A stretch of DNA of 64,000 nt from Geosiphon pyriformis uo1 (taxonomy: Eukaryota; Fungi; Glomeromycota). A program made the translations under genes and the position numbers. Positions 14,828 to 27,800 of this stretch are shown one piece after another; positions within the stretch are counted from its first letter, which is position 1, and each line of letters begins with the position of its first letter. The stretch lies in contig JAAOMT010000566.1 of NCBI GenBank assembly GCA_016748015.1, positions 1 to 64,000 of the forward strand, written 5' to 3'. The notes below the pieces were generated by a model. It was not told the origin of the DNA and ran no database searches. It worked only from the letters and a program-made list of their open reading frames with translations.

Positions 14828-15366
14828 TTATCTTCTCCAAAAAGATTGAGTTCCAGTGAAATCAAGCTATTTATAGTGTAATCTATTTGAAGAGTTTTAT
14901 CTAACTCAAAGCTAACTAATTTATTGAAGTCTTTTGTAGATAAGGTGAATAATATTTGAGGTGAAATGAGTTTTGTATCCAAAAGACCAAATTTTTGTAT
15001 TAGAGTTTTGGCTCTTTTAGCAATGGTTAAAACTCTTGAAACATCTAATCGTATAATGCCCAAAATTTTTGTCTGTATTTCTGAAGTTGTTTTCTTCATG
15101 AGCTTCATGTCATCTATAATTTCACCAAGGTGACCATAAAGCTCTAGTTGTCTTTCATATAACAAGTTTTTGTCTATGGGTAAGATTTCTTTAATTGTTT
15201 TTTCAAGTGTGGTAGAAAGTACAAATATCGCTGCTGTTATACTTTCTAGCAGATATTTATCCATTTTGCTACCAATTTTTTCTCTTCTGGTAGTTGTTTT
15301 CTTTGGTCTAATAACAGTATGTGTTCCACTGTTATCAGTTATGGTAGTTTGTTTTCCAATGATCAA
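14797..15366 (-). CDS. Extra ORF of unknown function downstream of integrase in the Gypsy element
   Basis: 189-codon open frame between integrase and the 3' LTR, ending inside the LTR. No recognisable env or chromodomain motif. Confidence 0.5.
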   Translation of the reverse strand: MIIGKQTTITDNSGTHTVIRPKKTTTRREKIGSKMDKYLLESITAAIFVLSTTLEKTIKEILPIDKNLLYERQLELYGHLGEIIDDMKLMKKTTSEIQTKILGIIRLDVSRVLTIAKRAKTLIQKFGLLDTKLISPQILFTLSTKDFNKLVSFELDKTLQIDYTINSLISLELNLFGEDNIMVKTYTSY

Positions 15367-15680
15367 AATAGTATTTGGATAGTTTTTAATCCAATACTCA
15401 TGGAAAGTATAGAAGGCATTTTGAATGTTTTAATCCAGAAAATAATTGTTTATGTCAATTGAAAATACCTCTGTTTTGGAAATGATGCATTTATTTATAC
15501 TTGATTTTTGTTGATTATTTGAGTCGGTATTACCACAACAGACAACCAATCAGGTCGTTTGTGATATTTCTTGAGTTGCATGCTGTAAACAAGTCGATCA
15601 TTAAAGATTGTTTCAGATTGATCTTGAAGAATATAAGAACCATTGTTCAAAACTTTGTTGACTATAAAAAGTTCTTTCCA

Positions 15681-18600
15681 CTAGTTAGAGAATTTATCAC
15701 CATAGACGTTGTCTCTGTCTGAACAGTATTCTAATACCAAGTCACCAACACTTAAAGAAAGTATTTTATAAGTTTTCTTCTTTTTAAGCTTTTCTTGAAA
15801 CTGTTTTATCTTTTCAAAGGCAATTATTCGTGTTTCTACAAGTAAGTCAAAAATGGTACCCAGTCTTCTTTGCAAAATGTCTTTGTAATTCCCTATTGTG
15901 ATCTCTTCAAAGAGTATTGTCTCAATATCAGTTTCTATTGATAGTGTTGCCATTCATCTATAAAGCAGATAAAAAAGTTCATAACTTGTTATGTCATAAT
16001 TTACAGTTCTATAAGCAAACAAAGCTAAAAGCAGTACTTTGTCCCATAAGTTTGTTTCTTTACTTGTTTTGGCTAGGGTTTTACACAGTGTTCTATTGAA
16101 ACATTCCACTAGGCCATTTGTTTGGGGGTGATAAGAGGAAAAAAGTTTGTGATATATTCCCATTTTTCTACAAAGTTCTTCAACCAGTGTACTGAGAAAA
16201 GCTTTTTTTCTATTAGATAAAAGTTCTCTGAAGCAGCCATGATGGCAGATAATATCTTCATAAATGAAATTGGCTATTGAGACTGCTGTTTGATCTGGGA
16301 TGGCTTTTGCTTCTACCCACTTTGTAAGATAGTTGGTAGTTGTAATAATGTATCTGTTGTTATCAGGAGTTACTGTTAAAGGTCTAACAACATTTATACC
16401 AATTCTGTCAAATGGTTGACCAACAGAGATTGGATGGATATCTTCTTTGCAATTGGGTTTTTCTTTTCTTTGGCAGGTATTACAGGTTTTAATGTATTCA
16501 GCAATGTTTTTTCCCAAGGTAGGCCAATAATAGCAAGCTAAGATTTTCTGAATTGTTTTTGTTTTTCCAAAGTGTCCAGCTAATGAATTAGTGTACATAT
16601 TGTAGATCACAATTTCTCTTTCTTCAAATCTTATGACTCTTTAAGGACAATCAGGATCTTTTCTATTTCTTTTGTATAACTGGTTCTGGCAAATCAAATA
16701 GAATTTTGATTGTTTGTGTAAATGTTCTCTTTACTGTCAATTGTATTCTAGTGGGTATTGTTCTTTACCCAAAAATTCTATTAAGGCATAGTAGTTGTCC
16801 AAGTCTATTATCAAGTTTGGTTGTAAGAGAATTACTAATAATTAGGTTGGTTTGGTTTGAAGTAGTTGTACTGTCACTAAATGATAAGTCTAGAAAGAGC
16901 ATCAGCATTTTGATAATGTGCTCTTTTGCAATGTTAAATATTATAGTCGAATTCGTCCAAGTAGAGTATCTAGCAGGCTATTCGTTTATGTTCTAGTCTT
17001 TTTTTGTTGTGCAGCCAAACCAAAGCTTGGTAATCTGTTACCACCAAAAACTTTACATCAAGGAGATATTTATCCCAGTAGCTGGTAGCCCAAACTACTG
17101 TTAAGCATTTCTGTTTAGTAACTGAATAGTTCTTTTTTGCTGATGTAAAGGTTCTACTGGCATAGGCTATTGCATGTTCCCTGCCATCTTTATCTTTTTG
17201 TGAGAGAACAGCACCAAGTCTATAGCCAGATGTATCAGTGTGAAGGATGAAAAGTTGATCCAGATTAGGTTGCTTGAGAATAGGTTTTGTAACCAATTTT
17301 TCTTTGAGGGTTTCAAATGCTTTCTGCTGATGTGTGTCCCAATGATAGTTGACATTTTTCCTGAGTAGCTGATTGAGTGGAGAGACAATTTTGGAGAAAT
17401 TCTTAACAAATTTGCAATAATAGAAGGCCAAACCAAGGAAAAAACGTAACTCATGAATATTCATTGATTGTCTTATGTTCTGAACTTTTTCCACTTTGGC
17501 TGGATTAGGAAAGATTCCATCTTTTGTAATAAAATGGCCAAAAAATTGGGTGGATTGTCTTCCAAAGAAAGATTTAATTGGGTTGATCTTGAGACCTGCA
17601 TTTCTGAAAAGATCAAAAATCTTTTGCAAATGTTCAAGGTGTTCATTTCAGGTTTTTGAGTACACCATTATATCGTCCAGATAGACCAAAATAAAGTTTT
17701 CTTTTACTAATTTAAATACTTTATCCATTAAGTGTTGAAAGGTAGGAGGGGCATTGGTGAAACCAAAAAGCATGACTGTAAATTCATAGGTGCCATACTT
17801 GGTGATAAAGGCAGTTTTCTTCTGGCTTTCTGGATCCATCTCTACTTGCCAGAATCTAGCAGTTAGATCAATGGTTAAAAAAAAAGCAGCATCTTTGAAT
17901 TGGTCCAGTATTGCATCAATTTTGGGAAGTGGGTACATGTCTCTTTCAGTGATAGCATTTAATTGGCGGTAGTCAACACAAAAGTGTAGGGTTCCATCTT
18001 TCTTGAATATTACTACAACTAAGAAAGCTCATTCATTCTTGGTTTTTTGTATGAATCCAAGTTCTTTCATTCAGTTTATTTCTTTCTTGATGAACTCATC
18101 ATTTCAGTGATTGGATTGATAAGACTTCAAATGGATGGGGCAAGTTTCTCTGGTGGTAATAGTGTGTTGTATCACATAGGTTTGTCCTGGGGTATTATCT
18201 TCTTTTAAGATAACTGGGCTGTTTCTTGTCAACAGATTTTTAATGTCTATCTTTCTTTCTTCTGGGGAGAGTTCTCTTTGTTTTACTACTAATAATTGGA
18301 TCTCAGGTGGTTCATTCTCAAAAGACTTCTGTACTTCTTTTAATTAATCTCTTGGTATTAGGCTAATTGGTTCTCAATCTTTGTAATAAATCAGACATGA
18401 TTTGCATTTATCACTTGGAGAATACAAAGATTTATTGCACCAGCACCAGGCACAAGGGCCATGCTACCAATAACTGTATTTGGCTTTCTTGACAGGCTTT
18501 TGGTCAAAGGTTCTTAGAATATCATAGTAAGGCCAGCAGATCAGCTTGCCATTTATAATGATTTCTTCTTTATCAGCTTTAACATTGTCTAATGGCTTGT

Positions 18601-20780
18601 CATTGCTGGTGAAGATGGTGTAGGCAAGTTCAGCAGTTTCTTCTTGTTCTTCTTGTTTATCTTCTTTATCACTCTCTTCATCATCTGATTCCTCTGATTG
18701 CTCATCTTCTTGATTTTGTTTGGTTGCTGAAAGAGTTGTCCAATAGCAACATTTAATCACAATGAGTTTTTTACTACATCTTATGGTTAGCTCACAAAGT
18801 TCATAGTCAAGTAAGACTTTTGCTTTTTTAAGCCACTTATTGCCAACAATGATGGTGTATTCTTTAGCTTCAGAAACTTCCATGTTAGTTTCAATACTGA
18901 TGCCATTGATGCGAACAGGAATAGCTTTGGCAATACCCAGACCTTTTTTCTTGTCACCATGTATGTTGGTTATTGGTCAGATGGAAGGCTCATCAATTTT
19001 TCTGCCAATTGCTTCAAGGAAGTGTTTGGCAATTACACTAACAGATAATCTACTGTCTAGAATCAAGTCAATAAAGTAACCAGCCACTTGTGCTTTGCAA
19101 ATTAGAGGAGTAACATTGTTGTTGTCAGCAAGTTCAGCTTGGTGAGAGCGTTTATTGGTCTTTGGCATTTTTTTCTTGGGGATTAGAGATTTGCAGAGAT
19201 CTTTTCTGAACTGTAGATGGGTCATTAACTGGCCAAAGGTAATGTGTACTAGAGTTTCTATGAGATCTTTGACAACAAAATAAGGTCCAGATTTTTGTAC
19301 AATTTCTGGGGGTTCCAACTTTAGAGAGTTTTTAAAAACTTTGGCTTTTGGTGGCTCATTGTTATCAGCAGTGAAAGTTGAGACTTTGTTGGGATCTAGA
19401 ATGAAATCAACCTTGGCTTTTTTCTTTTTTCTGGTTGATTCAGAAGTGTTGATTGCTAATTCATCCATGTTATGGTCATTATCAGTTAAGTTAAAAGCAA
19501 AAAAAGGGTTTTCTTCTGGTTGGCTTGCACTTTCACTCTTTGGAGGTGCGCCTACCAGTTTAAAGGCTGATAAACAGTGGTTTTAACTAAAGGATCCTTT
19601 TCAAAGAAATTGATGTCAGCATGGTTGGGTCTTTGATTGGGAGTATTATTGTTGATGGGTCTATTGTTTTGATTGTTATTATTTCTGAGAACTGGAGGAG
19701 GTAAAGGAGAATTGTTGCAATTTCTTGAGAAATGTCCAGTTAATCCACATTTATAACATACAGGAAGACCATGATTTTGCTGTTTTTGATAAGAAGGTTG
19801 CTGGGGCTGATTAAAATATGGTTCATATCTGAGTTTTTGTGGTTGTTGGTTATCTCTAACTGCTTGTGCCAAAGGTTCTAATAACTGGACAAGATTGGCT
19901 GTAAGTCTATCAATTAATTGTTCATTTGGATCTTGAGTTTGGGCAGCAAAAGAAGCAGCAGCCATTTAAGAGACAGGAGCCATGACAGGAGCCATGACAG
20001 GAGCAGAAGCAAAAACTGGAAGTGTAGATCCCAAATGTATTCTTTGGTTGTTTTCAATTTGCTGGACAAGTTCAATGGCCATGTCCATTGTAGGGTTGTT
20101 TTTCAGGACCAAAAGAGGCCAAAGAGCATAAGATAAATTAGTTTTCAATCCTTTTGTGAAGAAATAAATCTTTTGTTCTTTTGTCCAATTTCTTCTAGAG
20201 TCTATACACTTAATTAACTTTCTGATTGCTTTAGCATAGTCAGTTACAATTTCACCAGGGCCTTGAGTTCTTCTTTCTAATTCCATATGCCACTTGAATA
20301 TCAAGATTGGGGTTCTGAACTTGTTTTCAAACTGGGTTGTAAAAGAGGTGTTGTTTTCTCTGTCATTTGCTGGCATTTATCTAATGATTCTTTGATAGGC
20401 ATTAGCATCAGTTTCTTATGAGAACCAGATAGCAGAAGAGCCTTGGAGGTAGCCACCAACAATTTGAAACTTGTACTCATCATCATATTGGTTGGCTTTA
20501 GCAGCTCTTTCAAAGTCATCCAACCATTTAATTGGATCTTGTACATCACCTCTGAATAATAGTAGTGGAGTGTTGTTTCTTCGCCCCAAGGCAGTTTGTA
20601 TACTTTGGAGGACAGCCAGGATGTTTGCTTGCATTGGATCTTGGACTATTGGTTCAGGAGTTACTGTTTGTGTGGAGTGCTCTGATTCACTTGAGAAAAT
20701 ATCAAAAATAGGGGCAGTTTGGTAACTTTCTTCTTCTGTTTTAAAGGGGTTTTCAACTAGTTGGTAAACAGCAATCCAAA
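15681..20780 (-). pseudogene. Gypsy gag-pol pseudogene (gag, protease, RT, RNase H, integrase)
   Basis: Collinear ORF fragments 20416-20634, 19966-20376, 19552-19965, 18977-19468, 18464-18883, 17648-17938, 16970-17629, 15954-16610 and 15681-15953 carry the canonical motifs. Confidence 0.93.
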
Positions 20781-21146
20781 TATGAATTTGGTGATTCAGA
20801 TATTCGAAATCAGGGGGCTGTTGTTCAAAAATTGTGGGATATAAGAGCTGATGGATGCTGGTATTTCTTATTTCAAAATTGTCTTCAAAATAAGCTTGAT
20901 CAAAATAATAGATGGTATAAGCTGTGTAGGTTTCAGCTAAATGCTTGTTTAGAAACCAGTTCCAAAAGTCTTAAAATTGTTTACTGAATTGTTTTTCAAC
21001 AGGGAAACAGATCAAGCAGGAGGGCAGAAGATTGAGTTCAATAAACTCTAGGTCATTTCTGTTGTGTGCTGCAAAGTGTTTTTCTGATTGCTGTGGCAAG
21101 TATGAATAATCACCCATACAATGAGAAAATAAGTGAATTTTGACAA

Positions 21147-21163
21147 CCTCACAGAGAGCACTA
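21147..21163 (-). promoter_or_regulatory. Putative primer-binding site (TAGTGCTCTCTGTGAGG, likely from TGGTGC...)
   Basis: Lies 6 nt internal to the 5' LTR and resembles the complement of an elongator tRNA-Met 3' end. Confidence 0.55.
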
Positions 21164-21169
21164 CTTTTA

Positions 21170-21918
21170 TGTTATGGGTTGGAGTAACAAGCTAACGGAT
21201 AACAAAAAAGAACAGAATTGTAGGGTGATGGAAATAATCAAAGGGGAATTCAACTTTAAAGAGCAAATTGAATGAGTATGGATTCAATGTGCAAGATTAG
21301 TCTCATAAAATATCTCAGTTGCTATTCTTTTCAAAGATAACTGGGGAATCTGAAGGTAGAGGGATAGTCCATACTGTCAAAAATTGATCACCACTGGTAT
21401 AATTCTATGTCTTATGTCAGCACTCTTAGAATTCAATATCAGATATCAACTTGTGCTTTTCAGTCATGTTTATTCAATTAATCTTTAAATGCTACAATTA
21501 TATACGTCAAGAAAAGGCCAACAAGTAATTTTTTATTTTTAAGATATTCAGATACTTGAAGGTAGGGAAAGGGAAATTAGCGATAAGTGAAGGATTGAGA
21601 TGAAAGTTGTTATTTTATTTATTCTTGATTATTCAGATGCTTGTTATTACATGCTTTTCTACAACTAAGAGATTCATCACTTATATAGCTGTCAAAAGTG
21701 GTCAATAATTAGATTAATAATCAGGTCAAAGATCAGGTCAATAATCAGGTCATTGATCAGGTCATTGATCAGGTCAATGATCAAGTCAATGGTCAGGTCA
21801 ACAGTCAGGTCATTGATTAGGTCAATGATTACTTTCTAAAAATTGTGTGGCTAATCATATGACATTAGTGGCTAATACATGTGATAATTAATAAGAAGTA
21901 TAGATTTCAACCATAACA
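21170..21918 (-). repeat. 5' LTR of the Gypsy element
   Basis: TGTTATGG...CCATAACA perfect terminal inverted ends; direct repeat of 14103-14827. Confidence 0.95.
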
Positions 21919-24859
21919 GCATTATAATCTTGCAAACTGCATTCTACATCACATTCAAATCCAAAAATTGCATGGAAGTGAAAAAATTATCAGAGAACAT
22001 GATGGTATTGGCTGCCATAGCATTTTTAAACTTGTCCCACTTTGCATTATTAGCACTCTTAAAATCAAACTTCCAGCAATCTTTATTTGCCTGCTTGTGA
22101 ATAGAGTTCAACTAAGTGTTCAACAAACCATTCAGATCTACTGACACAAAAACAGCTTGATGATCAGTGTCAAAGTAATCACTAATGTCTATAACATTGT
22201 AATCTACTATTGTACTAACTAAATTTAACAAAACCAATACATAATCAATTGTTTTTTCTATATCTCTTGAATTCTTTTACATAGAACTTCTTATAACTGA
22301 ACTACCCACCAAAGAATTGGCCAGCCCCAAACTGATATATTTTTTAAAACTAGCACTTCTTCATAAACCATCCTCATTGAAGTCACCACCAAGAATGATG
22401 AAAGAAGATTCATTAACAGTCTTTGCAATAAGAGAGTTGACTTCTCTAGCCTGCAAAAACTGAACCACAGATGAAGCACCAGTATACAGTCCCAAGACTA
22501 ACACAGAAAGTTTATTTTTGAAAAGCAGTCTGATGGATAGGAGCTGACCAGACACTTCAGAAACTTTGTATACATGTTTTGCCAAAGAAGAGTCTATGAC
22601 AACCACAACACCAGCACTCAAATATTCAGAATTCAAACCAGAGGTAAACACACAAACACCTTCAAACTTGCCAGCAATCCACAGATAAACTCTATCTTTC
22701 AATTTAGTCTCAATAATAATCGAAATCAAGTTGCTTATATTCTTATGTCAACAAACAACATCTTTCTGCTTGGCAGGAATGTTAATGTCCCAAACATTGC
22801 ACATAGTTATTTTCCAAATCAAACTACTCATTGAGATAAAGAGGATAACAAAAAATCTGAACCAGCAAACAAATAATTTAACTTTGCCAAAACTGAACTA
22901 ACAGAGGCTTTAAAAGCCACCAACTTAGATTCCAAACTGCCAACCTTAGTTGTCAAGACTTTTGAACTATTCAGACCCAAAGTTGAAACATTAGAAGAAG
23001 TAAAAAAGAAGATTGAAAGTACCAATTCAGAATTGTTCACAATTATATCTAAAGCCAAATCCTTTTTGGTGGCAATCAAAGGAGCTGAGACTTTAAAGGA
23101 AGGAGATGGAGCTTGCAGCACCAATTTTATGTTGCTGAGCTTGCACACAATACCAAAAACTTGGTCAGTTAATAGCTCCAAAGATCATTCCAAAGAGGCC
23201 AAACAAGCATTCAAAGACAAGTTGTCAGCTAAAACAAAAGGAAAACCACTACTCAAACCCAAGGTGTTAGAAAAAAGAGAACCAGAACCAGGAGTGAAAC
23301 AAAAACCATCAGAAGAACCAGCAAGCAAGACCACCTGGGCCCAAGATTTGCCACCAAAGACAGTAGAATGAAATATTAGAACACTTTTTTTCTTATACAA
23401 CCTTGTCAACTGAAGATGACATTTATCAAACACAACCTTTTTAAATGGTTTTAAAGGCCTAGAAGTGGATACAGCTAATGCATCACATTCCAAAGCAGAA
23501 TAATCAAACCTTCCATACTTTTTACACTAAACCAAATTCATCTTTGCCCAAAAAAGTTTAATACCACCAAGAATTGGCTCCATATAAAAGACAGATTTCA
23601 GATTATTGTTAGAGTCAAAACCAACTACAGCACAACAAATCCTATTACCAGTCTCTATAGATCAGTTTATGATGCAAGTTTTCCCACTAGCCTCTTTCAA
23701 AAGAATCCTAAGATCATGTGCTGTAGTACCTATTGGCAAAGTAAACAAGAGTATGTTGAACCAATTCTTAGATGCCCAAATCTTACAATCTCTCACAGCT
23801 TTGGCTATATGCACTGAATCTTTCCCAATCAGAAATGACTATTTTGAGGCCAAAAAATTTGCTTAATTCAATTCAGCAAACTCCACTATAGTCTTTTGTT
23901 ACATTCCAACTAATTAAATTTTGATCAACTTAATTTCTCCAAATTTAGATACTGTGGCAATAATCATGTCTTTAAGTATATTCATGAGAATATTTTGATT
24001 ACTACAGTCTGATCTGATCTCATTTCTTGTCTCTTAAGATTGCTGTTTATGTTGATCTCTTTTTTTCTGGCCAATAATACAGCCATTTCCATGCTCTTTT
24101 CTAAAGTGAAGATAGATCTGATAATTCCTTCAAATTTTGAGGGGGTAGTGGTCCTTCCAAAACTATTGACTAAAGAAAAAATTTCTCTGATCAACTGAGT
24201 TTTCACCATTGTTGATTTTTTTTTTACAGCTAAGAGATTAATATCCAAAGCAAATAACTTTTTAACTAATACTTCTATAGAAGTTTTGATGATTTTTGGG
24301 TCACACTTTTTTTCAAGAGAAATAGGCAAGTGAAAAGAGAGTACAACTTCATCGTCATCCATATAAAAATTGGAAAAACTGAGTAAAGAACCAAAAACAA
24401 CACTAATGTTAATTCATTTCATCTTGGGTATAATAGCAGCTGAGCCCAAAAAAGACTCATTATTCACACCAGATATGTTAATATCTTTATTATCATCTGA
24501 TAGACTTTTCACATCAGAATATATATTATTACTAGGCCCAAATTTACTCAAGGATATATCTCTTTCATTACCAGAGTGTTTGATATTACTAAGAACAACT
24601 TTTTTCTTCTGAGAAAAGAAACCACCAGCAGGACCATAAAAAGCATCTTTGGACGCCTTCTTCTTAGACATAATGCTATTTGTAGTAGTCTTTATATCCA
24701 TGAAAATGAGTTGTTTTTTTTTGTTTTTTTTTATTTTACAAGTGAGGTCCAAACACAACCTAACATTATACATCGAGGAATCGATCTAAACTAGGCATGA
24801 ATCATGCACTATCTACACGTGACCAGTCACTTGAGCCAATCAGAACAACACTATGCAGC

Positions 24860-27800
24860 TATATGAACTGACACCAAATCACTTATATCCAAAAAGAACA
24901 AGCAAGACTTATGAAAACCAAAATGAACACCCAAAGCATTAGCAATACCAAGTAACCTAACTACTCCTGCAGAGAACCTCGAAGCTAAACCATGAACCAA
25001 GATACTGGCCCAACTATCTAGCAGAATCAGTTCATTCTTCTCTATATATGCATGATGCTTAGCACAGACCGACTAGACTTCCTCCCTGAAAGCAAGACCA
25101 AGAGAGTACACAAACTTGACAATCTCCAAAACAGCAATTTTGGGGTCGTAAAAGATGAAAACAGCTTCACAAAACCAACCATTGAAAACAAAGCCCTTAA
25201 AAAGAGCCATGGACATAGAAGAATCAAAAACACCGGATGATAACAGCTGCAATATACTCGAGGAAGAATGAGAGGAACCAGAAATTGCCTTTCAAGACCC
25301 TACATGAGACTCCAACAACTGATGTCTAACAGACCCATCAACCTTGCAAGAAAACCCATGATCCGACATCTTCACTTCACCACAATACAAGCACAACATG
25401 CTAGGATAACATCTATCATAGAGGTGCTTTCGAACAGCAACTGGCAGCCAATGGTGTAAAGACTTTATAAAGTAAGTACGCATACTGGACGTAGACCTGC
25501 TGATGAAACCTGCCACTATGTGCAAATCAGGATGCCATACCAATGATAAGTGGGGCCAATCAACTTCAGAAGACAAGCCGCCCACCAAAACCCCAGAACC
25601 AAAACCAACCTCCTACTGTGCACGATGAATAGAACGATAAATATCATATACAAAATGCCTCGAATTTCCAGAAACAATGCCACCATCAGCTGATAAAAAA
25701 TGCTCACTCAAGCGAGGGGGAAGATACCAATTAAAGAGAGAAGTGGCACCAGCAATTGCATCAGCATGCTTATTTCCTGAAACACCAGAATGGCTCTTTA
25801 CCTTGTGAAAGCTAACCCTCAACTTCTTACTGCGAATTACGTTGACAATATGATAATGTTCGACCCAACACTGATTACAATAATTGGGATACACCAGACC
25901 CAACTCTGACCTGCAAGCATCCAAAGCCGATTGACTATCTGAGAACAAACAAACAGAGCTTAATAAGGGAATACACTCCATAGTCAAGGCAATGGTCTGT
26001 AATTCTGCCAAAGTAGATGACATCAAACCTGACACACTAATGCCCAAACCCAAACCAATGTCCTCAAAAAAAACAGCAGCACCAGTTCTACAGCCAACTG
26101 TGCCTAGATTACTAAGAGACCCATCCATATATACTGACAGGCTGCTAGCACCAGTTGCCAAAAGATGATCACAAACAGATACAAAATCACCAGACTCAAG
26201 AATGTTTGAAGGCCCACTATCACTCAAAACTAAAGACTGAGCATGAGAAGATTTCACACTATTGAGAAATAAAACAGAAAGCTTGAACCACTCAGGAACT
26301 GGGCCACGGGAGTCCAATCTCTTCTACCTCTTGAAAGTATACCAACTAAAAACAGTACCATGATGGTCACAAAATTGATCCACAAAGGCAATACCATACT
26401 GCCAAAGGGAAGGGAAAAACCTGAGAAACCTTAACTCACCCAGAACCTCAGACATAGGCACTCCACCATGAGATTGAAAGGAACTAATTAAAGAACCACT
26501 CAGAGACACACTGCAATCAAAAAGAACACGAATCATTCTTGCCAAAAAGTTATTAGATGTACTGACACGAATATAAACAGGAAAACTCAACGAATGAACA
26601 GGATGCCAACACAGAACTTGCAAATCATGAGACCTGTGGGAAAACAAACGACCCAAAATACCACCAGAGTTTGCAAAACTGATAAGAGAAGCAATCTTGC
26701 TCTTAGATTGAACTTGAAAAAATGACTTTAAATTATAAAATGAAGGGTAATAAATTGCATCATTAGGGAAATCAAGTGACAAACCAGACTTAAGCTTCAA
26801 GCCTTTATGAATTAGAGCATCCCACTTGTTGTACACATCAACAAGAATAAAACTGAACTGAGTTCTATAGCTGACTATTGGAAACAGAACTGTCAACACC
26901 AAATACAAGAACTGCTTATCTGAGACTACCTTCCTCAACACCAGATTGGTGAAAAAGCGAATGTCTGAATGCGCCTTAATCAGGCTAGGCTTCGAAAGAC
27001 CCTTAGTCGATATGAAAATGCCCAAATATCGGTGAGATTCTCCCCTTTTGGCAATAGAAATGGGCGAACTGCTAATAGAAAGAGAGGGATTGCTAACCCT
27101 GCTATTGATGGGAATGGATATCGTTTTGTCATTATTAATAGAGATGTCATTGACATGAAAAAATTCACTAGCAACATTAAGAATATGTTAAATAGCCATC
27201 TAACTGCTGCCAACCCAAATCATATTATCAACAAAAGCACCAGTGGCGAAAAAAGAAGAAAATCCAGCCTGGAATTCGGAATGACCATTCTTGGAAACAA
27301 AGTGAAAATTCAATCTATATTCACATACACTCTCCTGTCTTTTGACTTCGCACAAAAGAGGATCATAAAATATGCGCCAGAGAAGAGAAGAAAAGACCTC
27401 TCCCTGGTCCAAACCATTGTGCACACAATAACCACTAGTCAATTCAAAATCAGTTATGACTTGGTTGGTATGATCCCCATAAATACCACTAAAAAACCGA
27501 ATAAATTTACTACACATCTTAACCCTGACCAAACTCTTTTCGAGATGCTCCCAGCCAACCAAGTCATACACCTTTCGCATGTTCTGTAGAACCAGCCAGA
27601 GCTCTCTGTTTTTTTCTAAAGCATCCTCAACCACCAAACCAACTGCAAAAACAGGAAACTAGGTTGATGTGCCCTTAAGAACCAAAAAATTCTCCCCTCA
27701 AAGCACGTCAAAAGTACTGCATACCAAAGAAATTCTGTCAGAGAGGATCTTGAAGAGAATTTTGCAAGCTGTTTTGATTAAGGCAATAGGACGTGTGTTC

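Larger units (their letters stand above)
14103..21918 (-). mobile_element. Full-length but pseudogenised Ty3/Gypsy LTR retrotransposon inserted in LINE-A ORF2
   Basis: Two ~730-750 bp direct LTRs with TGTTA...TAACA termini and a 4-bp TSD GTAT/GCAT. Order is gag (CCHC CYKCGLTGHFSRNC), protease (LILDS), RT (YLDDI), RNase H (HTDTSG), integrase (GHFG, CNTCQ, YHPQTNGLVE). Many stops and frameshifts. Confidence 0.97.
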
